This document shows positions 1-8,470 of a DNA stretch of 58,689 nt, piece by piece (within the stretch, counting starts at the first letter, position 1; every line of letters begins with the position of its first letter). The notes under the pieces are model-generated. The model did not search any database. It was not told where the DNA came from and worked only from the letters and a program-made list of their open reading frames with translations. This DNA is from a virus (taxonomy: Duplodnaviria; Caudoviricetes), in the IMG/VR virus record IMGVR_UViG_3300002855_000236, positions 1 to 58,689 of that record; one strand, given 5' to 3'. The position numbers and the translations under genes were made by a program.

Positions 1-738
1 ATGCTCGGCACGGGCAGCGCCTTCGCCAAAGCCTTCCATAACAACAACGCGCTGATCACGGTAGGAGAACGCCGTCTGCTGCTCGACTGCGGGATTACCG
101 CGCCCAAAGCGCTTCACGAGCTCGGCTACGGCTTTAACGACCTGCACGCCGTGCTGATCACCCATATCCACGCCGACCATATCGGCGGCCTGGAAGAGTT
201 CGCTTTCCAGATGAAGTTCGTATACGGCCGCAAGCCGATTCTCTATATCGCCGAATCGCTCGTCCAACCGCTGTGGGAGTATTCGCTCCGAGGCGGGCTG
301 CAGCAGGACGAGAAGGAAACGCTGAACGACTTCTTCGAGGTTCGCCCGCTTCCGAGCGGCGTTCGCGCCGAGCTGATGCCCGGATTGGAAGTGGAACCCG
401 TACCGACGCGCCATATCCCGAACAAACCGAACTTCTCGATGCTGTTCAACGGCTTCTTTTTCTACACGGGGGATACCGTATTCGATGCCGACTTGCTCTC
501 GTCTCTCGTCGAGGACAGGGGCGTCCGGGTGATTTTCCACGATTGCCAGCTTCACCCTCCCGGCGCCGTGCACGCGTGCCTGCCCCAGTTACTGACGTTG
601 CCGGACTCCTTGCAGGAGAAAATCTATCTGATGCATTACGGGGACGATCAACCCGATTTCGTCGGGCGCTCCGGTAAAATGCGTTTCGTCGAGCAAGGCC
701 GAACGTACGAGGTCGAAAGGTTAACTTCCGGTGGATAA
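1..738 (+). CDS. Host MBL-fold metallo-hydrolase (RNase Z / phosphodiesterase-like); possibly 5'-truncated by the window
   Basis: LGTGSAF N-terminus, THIHADH metal motif, YTGDT and MHYGD motifs; host-like high GC. Confidence 0.85.
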   Translation: MLGTGSAFAKAFHNNNALITVGERRLLLDCGITAPKALHELGYGFNDLHAVLITHIHADHIGGLEEFAFQMKFVYGRKPILYIAESLVQPLWEYSLRGGLQQDEKETLNDFFEVRPLPSGVRAELMPGLEVEPVPTRHIPNKPNFSMLFNGFFFYTGDTVFDADLLSSLVEDRGVRVIFHDCQLHPPGAVHACLPQLLTLPDSLQEKIYLMHYGDDQPDFVGRSGKMRFVEQGRTYEVERLTSGG

Positions 739-781
739 TCCGGTATGATAGTGGGAGCCTCTTACGAAAGGGAGACGAACG

Positions 782-889
782 TTGCTTACCACTTTCATCG
801 TCGCCGGAATCATCGCCGTACTGCTGATCTGGATCGTGCTTTGGACGACCAAAAAAGCCTACTCCCGTAAATGGGATGAAGAAGAATAA
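782..889 (+). CDS. Small single-TM protein, 35 aa (MLTTFIVAGIIAVLLIWIVLWTTKKAYSRKWDEEE); not in ORF track
   Basis: AAAGGGAG RBS before TTG; TTAACT-17-TATGAT promoter at 721-749; hairpin downstream. Confidence 0.7.
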   Translation: MLTTFIVAGIIAVLLIWIVLWTTKKAYSRKWDEEE

Positions 890-891
890 GA

Positions 892-938
892 AAGAGGGCG
901 CCCTCTGCCGGCCATGGCAGCGAGGCGCCCTCTCTCTT
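892..938. terminator. Hairpin between convergent small genes, probably a bidirectional terminator
   Basis: AGAGGGCGCC...GGCGCCCTCT inverted repeat. Confidence 0.6.
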
Positions 939-1014
939 CTTCGGTTATTCTTCGGTAGCGCTTTCGATCGGTCGTACGGTTGAATGGATGAATGGATTTA
1001 GCGGATTTCTTCTT

Positions 1015-1191
1015 TTAACGCTTCTCCTCGTCGTCCCTTCGCCGGCTCCCAGGGGCGAACGCCGCCCAGGTGAATCTTTCGTCGTAGCGGGTAGAATCCC
1101 GCCGGACGAATCGGGCGACCGCGAAGAGTACGCCTCCGATCAATGCGGACAGCCCGACCAACCATACGAACAGCAACGCCGCGTCCCTCAT
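1015..1191 (-). CDS. Small membrane protein (58 aa, host)
   Basis: GGGAGG RBS before ATG 1191; N-terminal hydrophobic helix. Confidence 0.6.
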   Translation of the reverse strand: MRDAALLFVWLVGLSALIGGVLFAVARFVRRDSTRYDERFTWAAFAPGSRRRDDEEKR

Positions 1192-1327
1192 GCACAGGTC
1201 CTCCCGACCGCCGTATAATCGTTGATTACACCTATACGCGCCGACGGCTCGAAACATTCCGAATACCACGATTTTACGCGGCGAAAACGGTGTCCGAAAA
1301 AAATCGAAAACTTTTTCGGAAAACCTG

Positions 1328-1356
1328 TTGACTTATTCGCGCCCAGTTGATAAGAT
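1328..1356 (+). promoter_or_regulatory. SigA promoter of tRNA-Val
   Basis: TTGACT-17-TAAGAT with extended TG. Confidence 0.75.
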
Positions 1357-1400
1357 ATTACTTGTCGCCGCTAAGAAAAAGCAAAGAAAAGAAACAGCAT

Positions 1401-1476
1401 GATCTGATAGCTCAGCTGGGAGAGCACCATCTTGACAGGGTGGGGGTCACAGGTTCGATCCCTGTTCAGATCACCA
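1401..1476 (+). tRNA. tRNA-Val(GAC); probable prophage attachment site
   Basis: 76-nt cloverleaf, anticodon loop TTGACAG, GGTTCGATCC T-arm, CCA end. Confidence 0.97.
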
Positions 1477-1489
1477 TACTTAAGCGACC

Positions 1490-1523
1490 GAGAGCCTTAG
1501 AACCATAAGGGCTCTCTTTTTTT
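1490..1523 (+). terminator. Intrinsic terminator after tRNA
   Basis: GAGAGCC...GGCTCTC followed by a T tract. Confidence 0.8.
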
Positions 1524-1568
1524 ATGTCCATATCGTTCTCATCCTTAAAGCTATCGATTGAGCGCATC

Positions 1569-1626
1569 TGGTGCCGGATTGGTGCCCTTTATTCTACTAA
1601 AGCAAAGTTGGTGCCGATCTGGTGCC
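1569..1626 (+). repeat. Four TGGTGCC direct repeats in two pairs (11-bp spacing); probable integrase arm-type sites
   Basis: Copies at 1569, 1580, 1609 and 1620; same motif at 58658 and 58670. Confidence 0.8.
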
Positions 1627-1652
1627 AGAAATAAAAAAGAAGCACGGTAGCA

Positions 1653-1883
1653 TTACCCGCGCTTCTTTGCCTCTAGATATTCACTAAAGTCTTTCCCCTC
1701 ATACCATTCGAGGAACAACCTTTTTGATACTTTTATCTTAGTGCCGACACGTACAGTATGGAATTGGCCCGAGTCAACTAATTCATATGCCTGCCGCCTG
1801 CCACAATTCAAAATCATTTGAATATCTTTCACTTCTATAGAATCAGGTAGATTATCAAAATCAGTTCTTTCCATCCCGAACAT
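1653..1883 (-). CDS. xis: Excisionase-like HTH protein (start may be 1874)
   Basis: Small wHTH (IQMILNCGRRQAYELV...VRVGTKIKVSK) next to att. Confidence 0.7.
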   Translation of the reverse strand: MFGMERTDFDNLPDSIEVKDIQMILNCGRRQAYELVDSGQFHTVRVGTKIKVSKRLFLEWYEGKDFSEYLEAKKRG

Positions 1884-2340
1884 CCCCCTTCTCCTTTAAT
1901 ACTCCAACCCGAAGCATCCCGGCCAACCGCTCGATCGCCTTCCAACGGATCTTTGTGAAAGTCCCTTCGGCAATCCCGAGCTCGATCTGGTACACCTGGT
2001 AGTCGTAGACCTCTTCGTCTTGCATATATTTCAACCGGATTAGTTTTTGCTGTGGAAGCGGGAGACGACTTACGCAGCGCTCCACCTTCTCGATAAACAT
2101 CAACCGCATATTCGGCTCGTCGACGTTTCGAACCGCGATATTGGCCGTCGAATCACTTAGGCCGCCCGAGTGTCCGCCCTCCCTTAAAACATATGAGGCA
2201 GTGACCTTCGCCTCGATCTCCTCGAACTCGACATTACGGAAGTACCGGTACCGCTCAAAAACATCCTCGACTGCTTGTATGGTTAAATCGCGGTCGTACA
2301 CCGGTTTCCGAATATCGGGAAGATCAAAGCTCATTTGCAC
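1861..2340 (-). CDS. arpU: ArpU-family late transcription activator
   Basis: KVTASY, DSTANIAVRN, C-terminal sigma-region-4-like HTH; position at end of early operon. Confidence 0.85.
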   Translation of the reverse strand: MQMSFDLPDIRKPVYDRDLTIQAVEDVFERYRYFRNVEFEEIEAKVTASYVLREGGHSGGLSDSTANIAVRNVDEPNMRLMFIEKVERCVSRLPLPQQKLIRLKYMQDEEVYDYQVYQIELGIAEGTFTKIRWKAIERLAGMLRVGVLKEKGDVRDGKN

Positions 2341-2401
2341 GGTCCATCACCTCGCTTTGGATTAACTGGAGCGGGACACCGCGGCGCCCCGCCCCTCCTA
2401 C

Positions 2402-3055
2402 TTAGCCGATCCGCGGGAGATCGTCTTCTCCCTTGCCGGACTCAGCCCCGTCTTTGCTCTTCTCGACGTCATCAAGGCTCATCTGCTCGCCATCTTCCTC
2501 GCCAGCGCCTTCGTGCTGATCTCCAGCCTCTTCAGCGCCCGCAGCCACCTCTTCGATGGTCATCTGGTTCGTCTCTTTGAGCGACAATGCGAGGCGCTTG
2601 ACGTCCTCCATAATCGGCCCGTGGCGCTTGATGACCGCCGCATATGCCTCGATATCGTAAGGCAGGGATTTGAGCTTAGGACGGCCGTCGGTGGCCGTCT
2701 TAGCGTCGCCGTGCTTATCCGACGTAACGTCGATCGTGCTCAATTGGTGATCGAGGATGTAATGCTTCTGCGGGTCGGACATCTTGTCCCAATATTCCTT
2801 GTTGAGATAGAGGATATAGTCCTTGTCCATCGTAGTTCGCAGGTCTTCACCCAGAATCTTGATTTTCGCGAACATCGTTTTGCCCTTCGATTTCCATCCA
2901 TTGTGCTTGAACAAAATCAATGGTTCGGAGCAGTCGAGATTGCTGTGAAGTTTGGAGACAACATCCTCCAACAATTCATATACTTCCTCCGGCGCCTCGC
3001 TGTGGAACTTCGCTGGTTTCGGTTGCTTCGGTACTGCCGATTTTCTTCTTCCCAT
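2402..3055 (-). CDS. Phage metallopeptidase-like protein with degenerate metal motif and acidic tail
   Basis: ILDHQL (cf. HEL), YDIEAY..VIKRHG (cf. HDVEEF...RHG). Confidence 0.6.
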   Translation of the reverse strand: MGRRKSAVPKQPKPAKFHSEAPEEVYELLEDVVSKLHSNLDCSEPLILFKHNGWKSKGKTMFAKIKILGEDLRTTMDKDYILYLNKEYWDKMSDPQKHYILDHQLSTIDVTSDKHGDAKTATDGRPKLKSLPYDIEAYAAVIKRHGPIMEDVKRLALSLKETNQMTIEEVAAGAEEAGDQHEGAGEEDGEQMSLDDVEKSKDGAESGKGEDDLPRIG

Positions 3056-3111
3056 GGATAATTGCTCCTCTCGTTTACATTCCGATTTGTTTGCCTGCTG
3101 GTATTCAGAGA

Positions 3112-3369
3112 TTATTCATTCCAGCAAAGGATCTGCGGCCCGGTATACTTGAAGCTCGCAAGCCATTCCCCGAAGGTCATTTCGTCGTAACCGTGACCGT
3201 CTTCGCGCTCGAATTGTCCTTGCCGATCGTTCGGAACAACCTCTACGTCCGGTTCTTCTCCTGCCGGATACCAGTCCGTTCCTATGGCTTCGAGATGATG
3301 CTTTACGGCCTGTTCTTGCGTTTCTGCGACGATGTAATCATCGTTCACCTTAAAAATGCTGTATCCCAT
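3112..3369 (-). CDS. Hypothetical phage protein
   Basis: RBS GGAG; in operon. Confidence 0.7.
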   Translation of the reverse strand: MGYSIFKVNDDYIVAETQEQAVKHHLEAIGTDWYPAGEEPDVEVVPNDRQGQFEREDGHGYDEMTFGEWLASFKYTGPQILCWNE

Positions 3370-3413
3370 GTTATCAGCTCCATTATTGAATTCAGTATCC
3401 GCTCTCCTGCCGC

Positions 3414-3977
3414 TTAATTGACCTCGTTCTTTGCGACGTAGGCCGCGGCGATTTCTTCAAAAGTGAAGCCAAGACGCTGTTCACCGAGTGAATAGAAGAT
3501 CCATAGTCCGAGACGGAGTGCCGTCTTCTGGAAGAATGAATCTTTTTTCAACCCGACGGTTCCGACATGGTAAATGATTTCGGTGAATACTTTAGACGTC
3601 CCCCCCATTAACTCTTCATCTGGCCCAGGAGAATAAAGGTCTTTCGCCGGCAAATCGAGTTGCCGAGCGATCGATAAGAAGAAGTGCAGGCAATCGGCGT
3701 ACTTATTAAGGAGCGGGTTTTCGTTCCCACAGATCGGGCAGACTTCCGGCTCCTCAATCGTTCCGCAGCCGAGGCAATGCTTCAGCCGCGTCCGCGGCGC
3801 GCGGTCGTTGCTCCAGTGTTTGAATCCGCGCCACAGATTTGCGAGATATCCTATCTCGACTTGGAGCGCTAGGACCGTATTAGGAAGCAGGTCGACGCCT
3901 TCGAGGCCCTTTTCGACGATGATCCTAGCGTCTAGTTTCTTCTGCATTTCGTAGAGCTGTTCGAGTGTTATGGTCAA
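3414..3977 (-). CDS. Dimeric dUTPase-like protein with Zn-ribbon insert; catalytic acidic residues altered
   Basis: LALQVEIG..ANxWRGFKHWS, DCLHFFLSI, YxxKN; CxxC...CxxC insert. Confidence 0.8.
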   Translation of the reverse strand: MTITLEQLYEMQKKLDARIIVEKGLEGVDLLPNTVLALQVEIGYLANLWRGFKHWSNDRAPRTRLKHCLGCGTIEEPEVCPICGNENPLLNKYADCLHFFLSIARQLDLPAKDLYSPGPDEELMGGTSKVFTEIIYHVGTVGLKKDSFFQKTALRLGLWIFYSLGEQRLGFTFEEIAAAYVAKNEVN

Positions 3978-4133
3978 TGGAATCTCCCCTATTGCTTGGA
4001 CTTATTCAATTTCTTCGCAGCGTCTTTGCATGCTTTGTTGCAGAAATATTGTTTAGGTACTCTGTATCTATAAACGTCTGCTTGCAATGACGGCATGTAG
4101 AAACTTTGTAAGCAACAGCCACGCTATACCCTC

Positions 4134-4430
4134 CTAAAATGGCAATTTATCAATCTCTTGAAGTGAAAGCACGTGCCATACATACCTTCCGATCCGCACA
4201 GCCCCAACCACTTTGTCAATTTCCAAGTCGCTCGGGAGATTCAGGTTCCATCCTGTACCGACGCACAGAAACGGAACGTTTTCCTTCGACCATTCCGGAT
4301 GATGGACCAGGGCATAAATCATGACCTGTCCATCCTGATCGATTGCCGATACGATTTCCGATCGGCCTGGGAGTTCGAGATACTGAACTTTGTCGCTGGG
4401 TTCGACCGGGAATTTATGAAAGACTGGCAA
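4134..4430 (-). CDS. Hypothetical phage protein ending in DKLPF
   Basis: RBS AGGAGG; VGTGW and YVWHV motifs recur in phage proteins. Confidence 0.7.
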   Translation of the reverse strand: MPVFHKFPVEPSDKVQYLELPGRSEIVSAIDQDGQVMIYALVHHPEWSKENVPFLCVGTGWNLNLPSDLEIDKVVGAVRIGRYVWHVLSLQEIDKLPF

Positions 4431-4442
4431 GTTAATCGCCTC

Positions 4443-5090
4443 CTATAGAAGTGTTTGTTGAATTACTGAACGCGGTTGGAATGGAATCCATTGTTCGCCG
4501 TAACCTTCTAACCACTCCGCTTGCGTTTTTCTTCTGTTGTATTCGCCTCGAGGCAACCATGTAGTCGAGTCGCCACTAATGACATGAGCGTATGGCTCAA
4601 ACCATTCACGCCGCCACATACCTAGCAAGTGCAATCGCGCGGTAACAGGGCCGTTGTAGAGCAGTTCGTCCAGATAATGCCTTCGTGCCTCCGATTTCAT
4701 AGGCACCAGTCCCCCAAGTGCCAATCGCTGCTCCTGAAGCAATTCAATGCTGGCGCCAGGCTGATAAATAGGTATTGGCTTATACCCACGTCGGCGCATG
4801 TCCTTCAGGTACCACCCTGTTGCTTCTGCGTCACCGATCTCGTCATATTGAAGATATTCATCCTCTGAACGAGCAAAGCGATCAAGGTAATCACGGTAAC
4901 GATGATAAGCCATTGCGTCTGCACTGAATGTTCCAGGATCCCAAAGCACTTTGCGGCGGCTGAGATATCCAGACAACCAAGCGGGATACTTCCGGAGCAA
5001 CGTTGCGCTTAAAAGCCAATAGGGAACACGATCAGCCGCGGCAGCTATATGTTTCCGATTCACACCGGCAACATAGATGGTCCGATTCAT
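4443..5090 (-). CDS. TGT/DpdA-like (7-deazaguanine transglycosylase fold) protein
   Basis: DPGTFS (cf. DSGAFS), DEIGD, PIPIY, ALGGLV, HLLG and GDSTTW motifs in family order. Confidence 0.65.
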   Translation of the reverse strand: MNRTIYVAGVNRKHIAAAADRVPYWLLSATLLRKYPAWLSGYLSRRKVLWDPGTFSADAMAYHRYRDYLDRFARSEDEYLQYDEIGDAEATGWYLKDMRRRGYKPIPIYQPGASIELLQEQRLALGGLVPMKSEARRHYLDELLYNGPVTARLHLLGMWRREWFEPYAHVISGDSTTWLPRGEYNRRKTQAEWLEGYGEQWIPFQPRSVIQQTLL

Positions 5091-5305
5091 TACTCGCGAT
5101 CAGGATCAGCGTTATCAGTCAATATCTCATCAAGCTTTTGATGAATCATTTTCGAGTCGGTGTTTAAATGGCCAGCAACTTCCTTGGCCGCCTTCTCGTC
5201 CCCTTCCAATTTGAGCGCCATTTCATTCAATGCGTAATAAATGAGGGCATACTCAAGGGTTCCAAATTCGTATGATATCGGTCGGAAGTTTTCCTCGTCT
5301 GACAT
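5090..5305 (-). CDS. Hypothetical protein
   Basis: RBS GGAGAGG; translationally coupled. Confidence 0.65.
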   Translation of the reverse strand: MSDEENFRPISYEFGTLEYALIYYALNEMALKLEGDEKAAKEVAGHLNTDSKMIHQKLDEILTDNADPDRE

Positions 5306-5320
5306 GTTAACCTCTCCTCC

Positions 5321-7864
5321 TCATGTCGTTACTTCTTCGAGATCGAACAGCGTCGGCATCTCGACCTCCGACTCTGCAGCTTTTAAATACCCGACTCCGT
5401 CACGGAAATATTCGACGTTAAGCTCAATCCCGTACCCCTTACGCCCCATCTTGACCGCTTGCATAGGAACGGTCATCAGGCCACCGAACGGATCCAGAAC
5501 AACGTCGCCGGGGTTGCTGTACCGGTTAATGATCCGCTCGACGATATCGAGCTGGAGCGGGCAAACGTGCATTTGCTGGCGCCGTTGACTCTGCGTCGTA
5601 TTAAGGGTCCGCATCCGGTTAATGTCGTCCCATACTTCGTCTGTCCAGGAGCCGGGAGCGACAACCATAAACGACGCGGGCAGCTTGCCGTCCTTATCGA
5701 GCCTCTTCGCCATCTCGACGTGTTGGCGGTAGGAGTAGAAGGATCGGCGAGAGAACTTCCTGTACGCCGCCTGAAGCTTGCTGACGGGCAATGTCTCGAG
5801 CTCTTCCTTGGTGACCATCCGGTCCCCGGAGCTTCGCCAATAGGCGTGGGCGTCGATCTGCCATTGCGCCCGGGTGTATTCATCCTTCGTCTTGCCGACC
5901 GGCTCATCGGCGTATGCGCGGCTTGTGTCGCTCGGCAGCTTCCGGAACAGAAGGACGTATTCCGGGCACCCGACGCCCATTTTGCTGCCGTCCTTGCACT
6001 GCTGGCCCCACCCGAGGCGGTAGGTCTGGTTGTTCTCTCGAACGACGTCGGTGACGACCGTGATCATGCCGATATACTGGAATCCATGCTTACGGTAATG
6101 CTCGATGCACAGCGCGTGGAATGGCTCGATCGTCGGCATTCCGGTACCCGTCGCATTCCCGAATAGCACCCGGTCCTTTACATGGATCGCCGCCACCCTG
6201 CCGGGCTTGAGAAGCCGGAGGAGGTTAAGCGTCAAGTGGTCCATCTGATCGAAGAATCTCCCCGTATCCTCGTTATGCCCGAAATCGTTGTAGCTGGCCG
6301 AATACTCATAATGGTTACCGAACGGGATCGACGTATGGATCAGGCCGATGCTGTTATCCGGCATGCTGGCCGTCTCGAGCACGCAATCGTTATTCACTGC
6401 CGTCCAGTGCTCTCCTTGCAGTTTCACTCTCTCAACTCCGATCGTTCGGGCCAACTTGTCGATGACCGACGTCCCCGAAAGGCCGTATTTTTGGATAATC
6501 TCCGTCATCCGTTGAACCAGATATTTATGCTGCTCCCACTTCCGGAGGAGCTCCTCGAGGATTTGCCGCTCGCTCTCGGTGTAGATGATATCGATGATCA
6601 CCTGTTCCGACTGCAAGAAGCGATAAATCCGGTGAATCGCCTGAATGAAGTCATTGAATTGGTAGTCGATTCCGACGAATATCGCGCGATGACAATGCCG
6701 CTGGAAGTTGCATCCGGATCCGGACAACTCCTTTTTCGTCGCGAATCGTTTGATCCGGCCGTCGGAGAAGTCACGAACGCGCTGCTCCCGAAGGTCGAGG
6801 TCCTGGCTCCCATAAATGTCCACGACGTCTGGGATCTCGCGCTTAATCTCATGCCGCTCATCCTCGAGGTCATGCCACAGGATGAAGTGGGCTTCCGGGT
6901 CGGATTCGACGATCTCCGAAGCCTTCGCTACGCGGGCCTGAATGCTTTCCCGTTTCTCCCTCGCCGCCTCCTTCAGGCCGGCCGCGGCCTCCCGGATCAG
7001 AAGGAGTTGTCCGTCTCTTTCGACCCCGGCCTCTCTGTGGTCGACCTTCAGTTCGTGGTACCGAACATCGAGAGGCGGAAGGTCGTATCCCTCATCGGAA
7101 TATCCGAGATCGCTCGGCTTCGTAATGAATAGCGCCCAGGTCGACACCCACAACCAGAACTCATCTTCCTTGTGGGGGTAGAGCGTCAGGTTGTTCGCCT
7201 TCGTCGAATCCCGCTGGAAGAAGCGAGTCAACGCTTGCCCGGTGTCCATGACCTCGAGGAACCCCGCGTAGTGAATCAACTCCTTGAACTTGTTCGGGCT
7301 CGGCGTCGCCGTGCATACGAGCTTGTATGGGACGCCCTTGAACTTGTCGAGGAACGTCTGATAAGTCTTGCTCCCGAAGCTCCGGAGAACCGAAGCCTCG
7401 TCGAGAGAGCAGGCCGTGAAGTAGGTCGGATCGATATCGCCGTCTCTGATCCGCTCGTAATTGGTCAGAAGAATGTTGCCTGCCGCGGCGCGAACCTCGT
7501 CCATGTTCCTGATGTACTCCGGCGCAGGTAGCCCGAGAAGCTCCGTCGCATCGCGCTGGAACTCCAGCTTGACCCCGAGCGGTACCACGATCAGCGCTCG
7601 CCCGCCAATCCGCTCGATGATGATTCGGCTCCATTCAAGCTGCTGGAGTGTCTTACCGAGGCCGAATGCCGCGAAAATCGCTCGCCGGCCGCCGCGGACG
7701 CCCCATACAACGCTGTCTCGTTGATGCGGTTTAAGGACCGGATGCACGTCTTCCGGATCAATCGTGAAGCCTGATTCGGGAGCTGTGACGATCTTCGATT
7801 TAAGAAATGCAAGATAGGGATCGATTCCCTTCACCCCCAATGTAGAACCAAGTTGATAGAACAA
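5321..7864 (-). CDS. SF2/SNF2-like helicase fused to an N4/N6 DNA methyltransferase (start uncertain)
   Basis: GLGKT, LDEAS, TATPSPN and QAIHRIYRF helicase motifs; TSIPF, HVCPLQL and VLDPFGG MTase motifs. Confidence 0.85.
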   Translation of the reverse strand: MFYQLGSTLGVKGIDPYLAFLKSKIVTAPESGFTIDPEDVHPVLKPHQRDSVVWGVRGGRRAIFAAFGLGKTLQQLEWSRIIIERIGGRALIVVPLGVKLEFQRDATELLGLPAPEYIRNMDEVRAAAGNILLTNYERIRDGDIDPTYFTACSLDEASVLRSFGSKTYQTFLDKFKGVPYKLVCTATPSPNKFKELIHYAGFLEVMDTGQALTRFFQRDSTKANNLTLYPHKEDEFWLWVSTWALFITKPSDLGYSDEGYDLPPLDVRYHELKVDHREAGVERDGQLLLIREAAAGLKEAAREKRESIQARVAKASEIVESDPEAHFILWHDLEDERHEIKREIPDVVDIYGSQDLDLREQRVRDFSDGRIKRFATKKELSGSGCNFQRHCHRAIFVGIDYQFNDFIQAIHRIYRFLQSEQVIIDIIYTESERQILEELLRKWEQHKYLVQRMTEIIQKYGLSGTSVIDKLARTIGVERVKLQGEHWTAVNNDCVLETASMPDNSIGLIHTSIPFGNHYEYSASYNDFGHNEDTGRFFDQMDHLTLNLLRLLKPGRVAAIHVKDRVLFGNATGTGMPTIEPFHALCIEHYRKHGFQYIGMITVVTDVVRENNQTYRLGWGQQCKDGSKMGVGCPEYVLLFRKLPSDTSRAYADEPVGKTKDEYTRAQWQIDAHAYWRSSGDRMVTKEELETLPVSKLQAAYRKFSRRSFYSYRQHVEMAKRLDKDGKLPASFMVVAPGSWTDEVWDDINRMRTLNTTQSQRRQQMHVCPLQLDIVERIINRYSNPGDVVLDPFGGLMTVPMQAVKMGRKGYGIELNVEYFRDGVGYLKAAESEVEMPTLFDLEEVTT

Positions 7865-7882
7865 ATTCTTCGTTAAGCGACG

Positions 7883-8155
7883 TTAGACATTCCGTTTGTT
7901 CCAAGCAGCCGCCGCTTCTTCGCGACTGTCGTAGAGGTACACGCCCATCATTGCCCCGTCACATTCGTATTGGGCGATAGGGCAGCCGCTATTGGCTTCA
8001 TGCACGTGCTCTATCGTATACGACAAGCCCGACCAAGGATCTTTCTCGTATTCTTCGTCCCGCGAATTCCCTTCGCGGTCACTGATTCCGAAATCGGCTT
8101 CTCCACCGCAGAATGGGCAGGGTTTAAGGCTTTCTATGTTACTCATTGCCATCAT
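7883..8155 (-). CDS. Lar-family restriction alleviation-like protein
   Basis: LKPCPFCGG...AAAAWNKR. Confidence 0.75.
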   Translation of the reverse strand: MMAMSNIESLKPCPFCGGEADFGISDREGNSRDEEYEKDPWSGLSYTIEHVHEANSGCPIAQYECDGAMMGVYLYDSREEAAAAWNKRNV

Positions 8156-8181
8156 CCTCCTTCACAAAATGTGTCATCATC

Positions 8182-8433
8182 TCAATCTTCCCAGCCTGCA
8201 ATGTACGGGAACTCCTTGCAATCAGAAACGAGTTGGCGAAGTGTCATATCACCCGCATCTTCCCACTCCAGCGTCTTGTCGAGCGGGAAGTCGCTGACAG
8301 TGTAATCGACCCATTCTTTATCGTTTACATCCACTTCCGACCGATACCATTCTGCCAATTCCTCATTCGTTCCAAAACCTACGACAATTTCAGTCCTATC
8401 AGGTCCGATTGCTACCGCCCTTAATTCCTTCAT
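8182..8433 (-). CDS. Hypothetical phage protein
   Basis: RBS AAGGAGG. Confidence 0.7.
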   Translation of the reverse strand: MKELRAVAIGPDRTEIVVGFGTNEELAEWYRSEVDVNDKEWVDYTVSDFPLDKTLEWEDAGDMTLRQLVSDCKEFPYIAGWED

Positions 8434-8470
8434 ATAAATTCCTCCTTGGTTTATTTCGCATAATGGGTCT

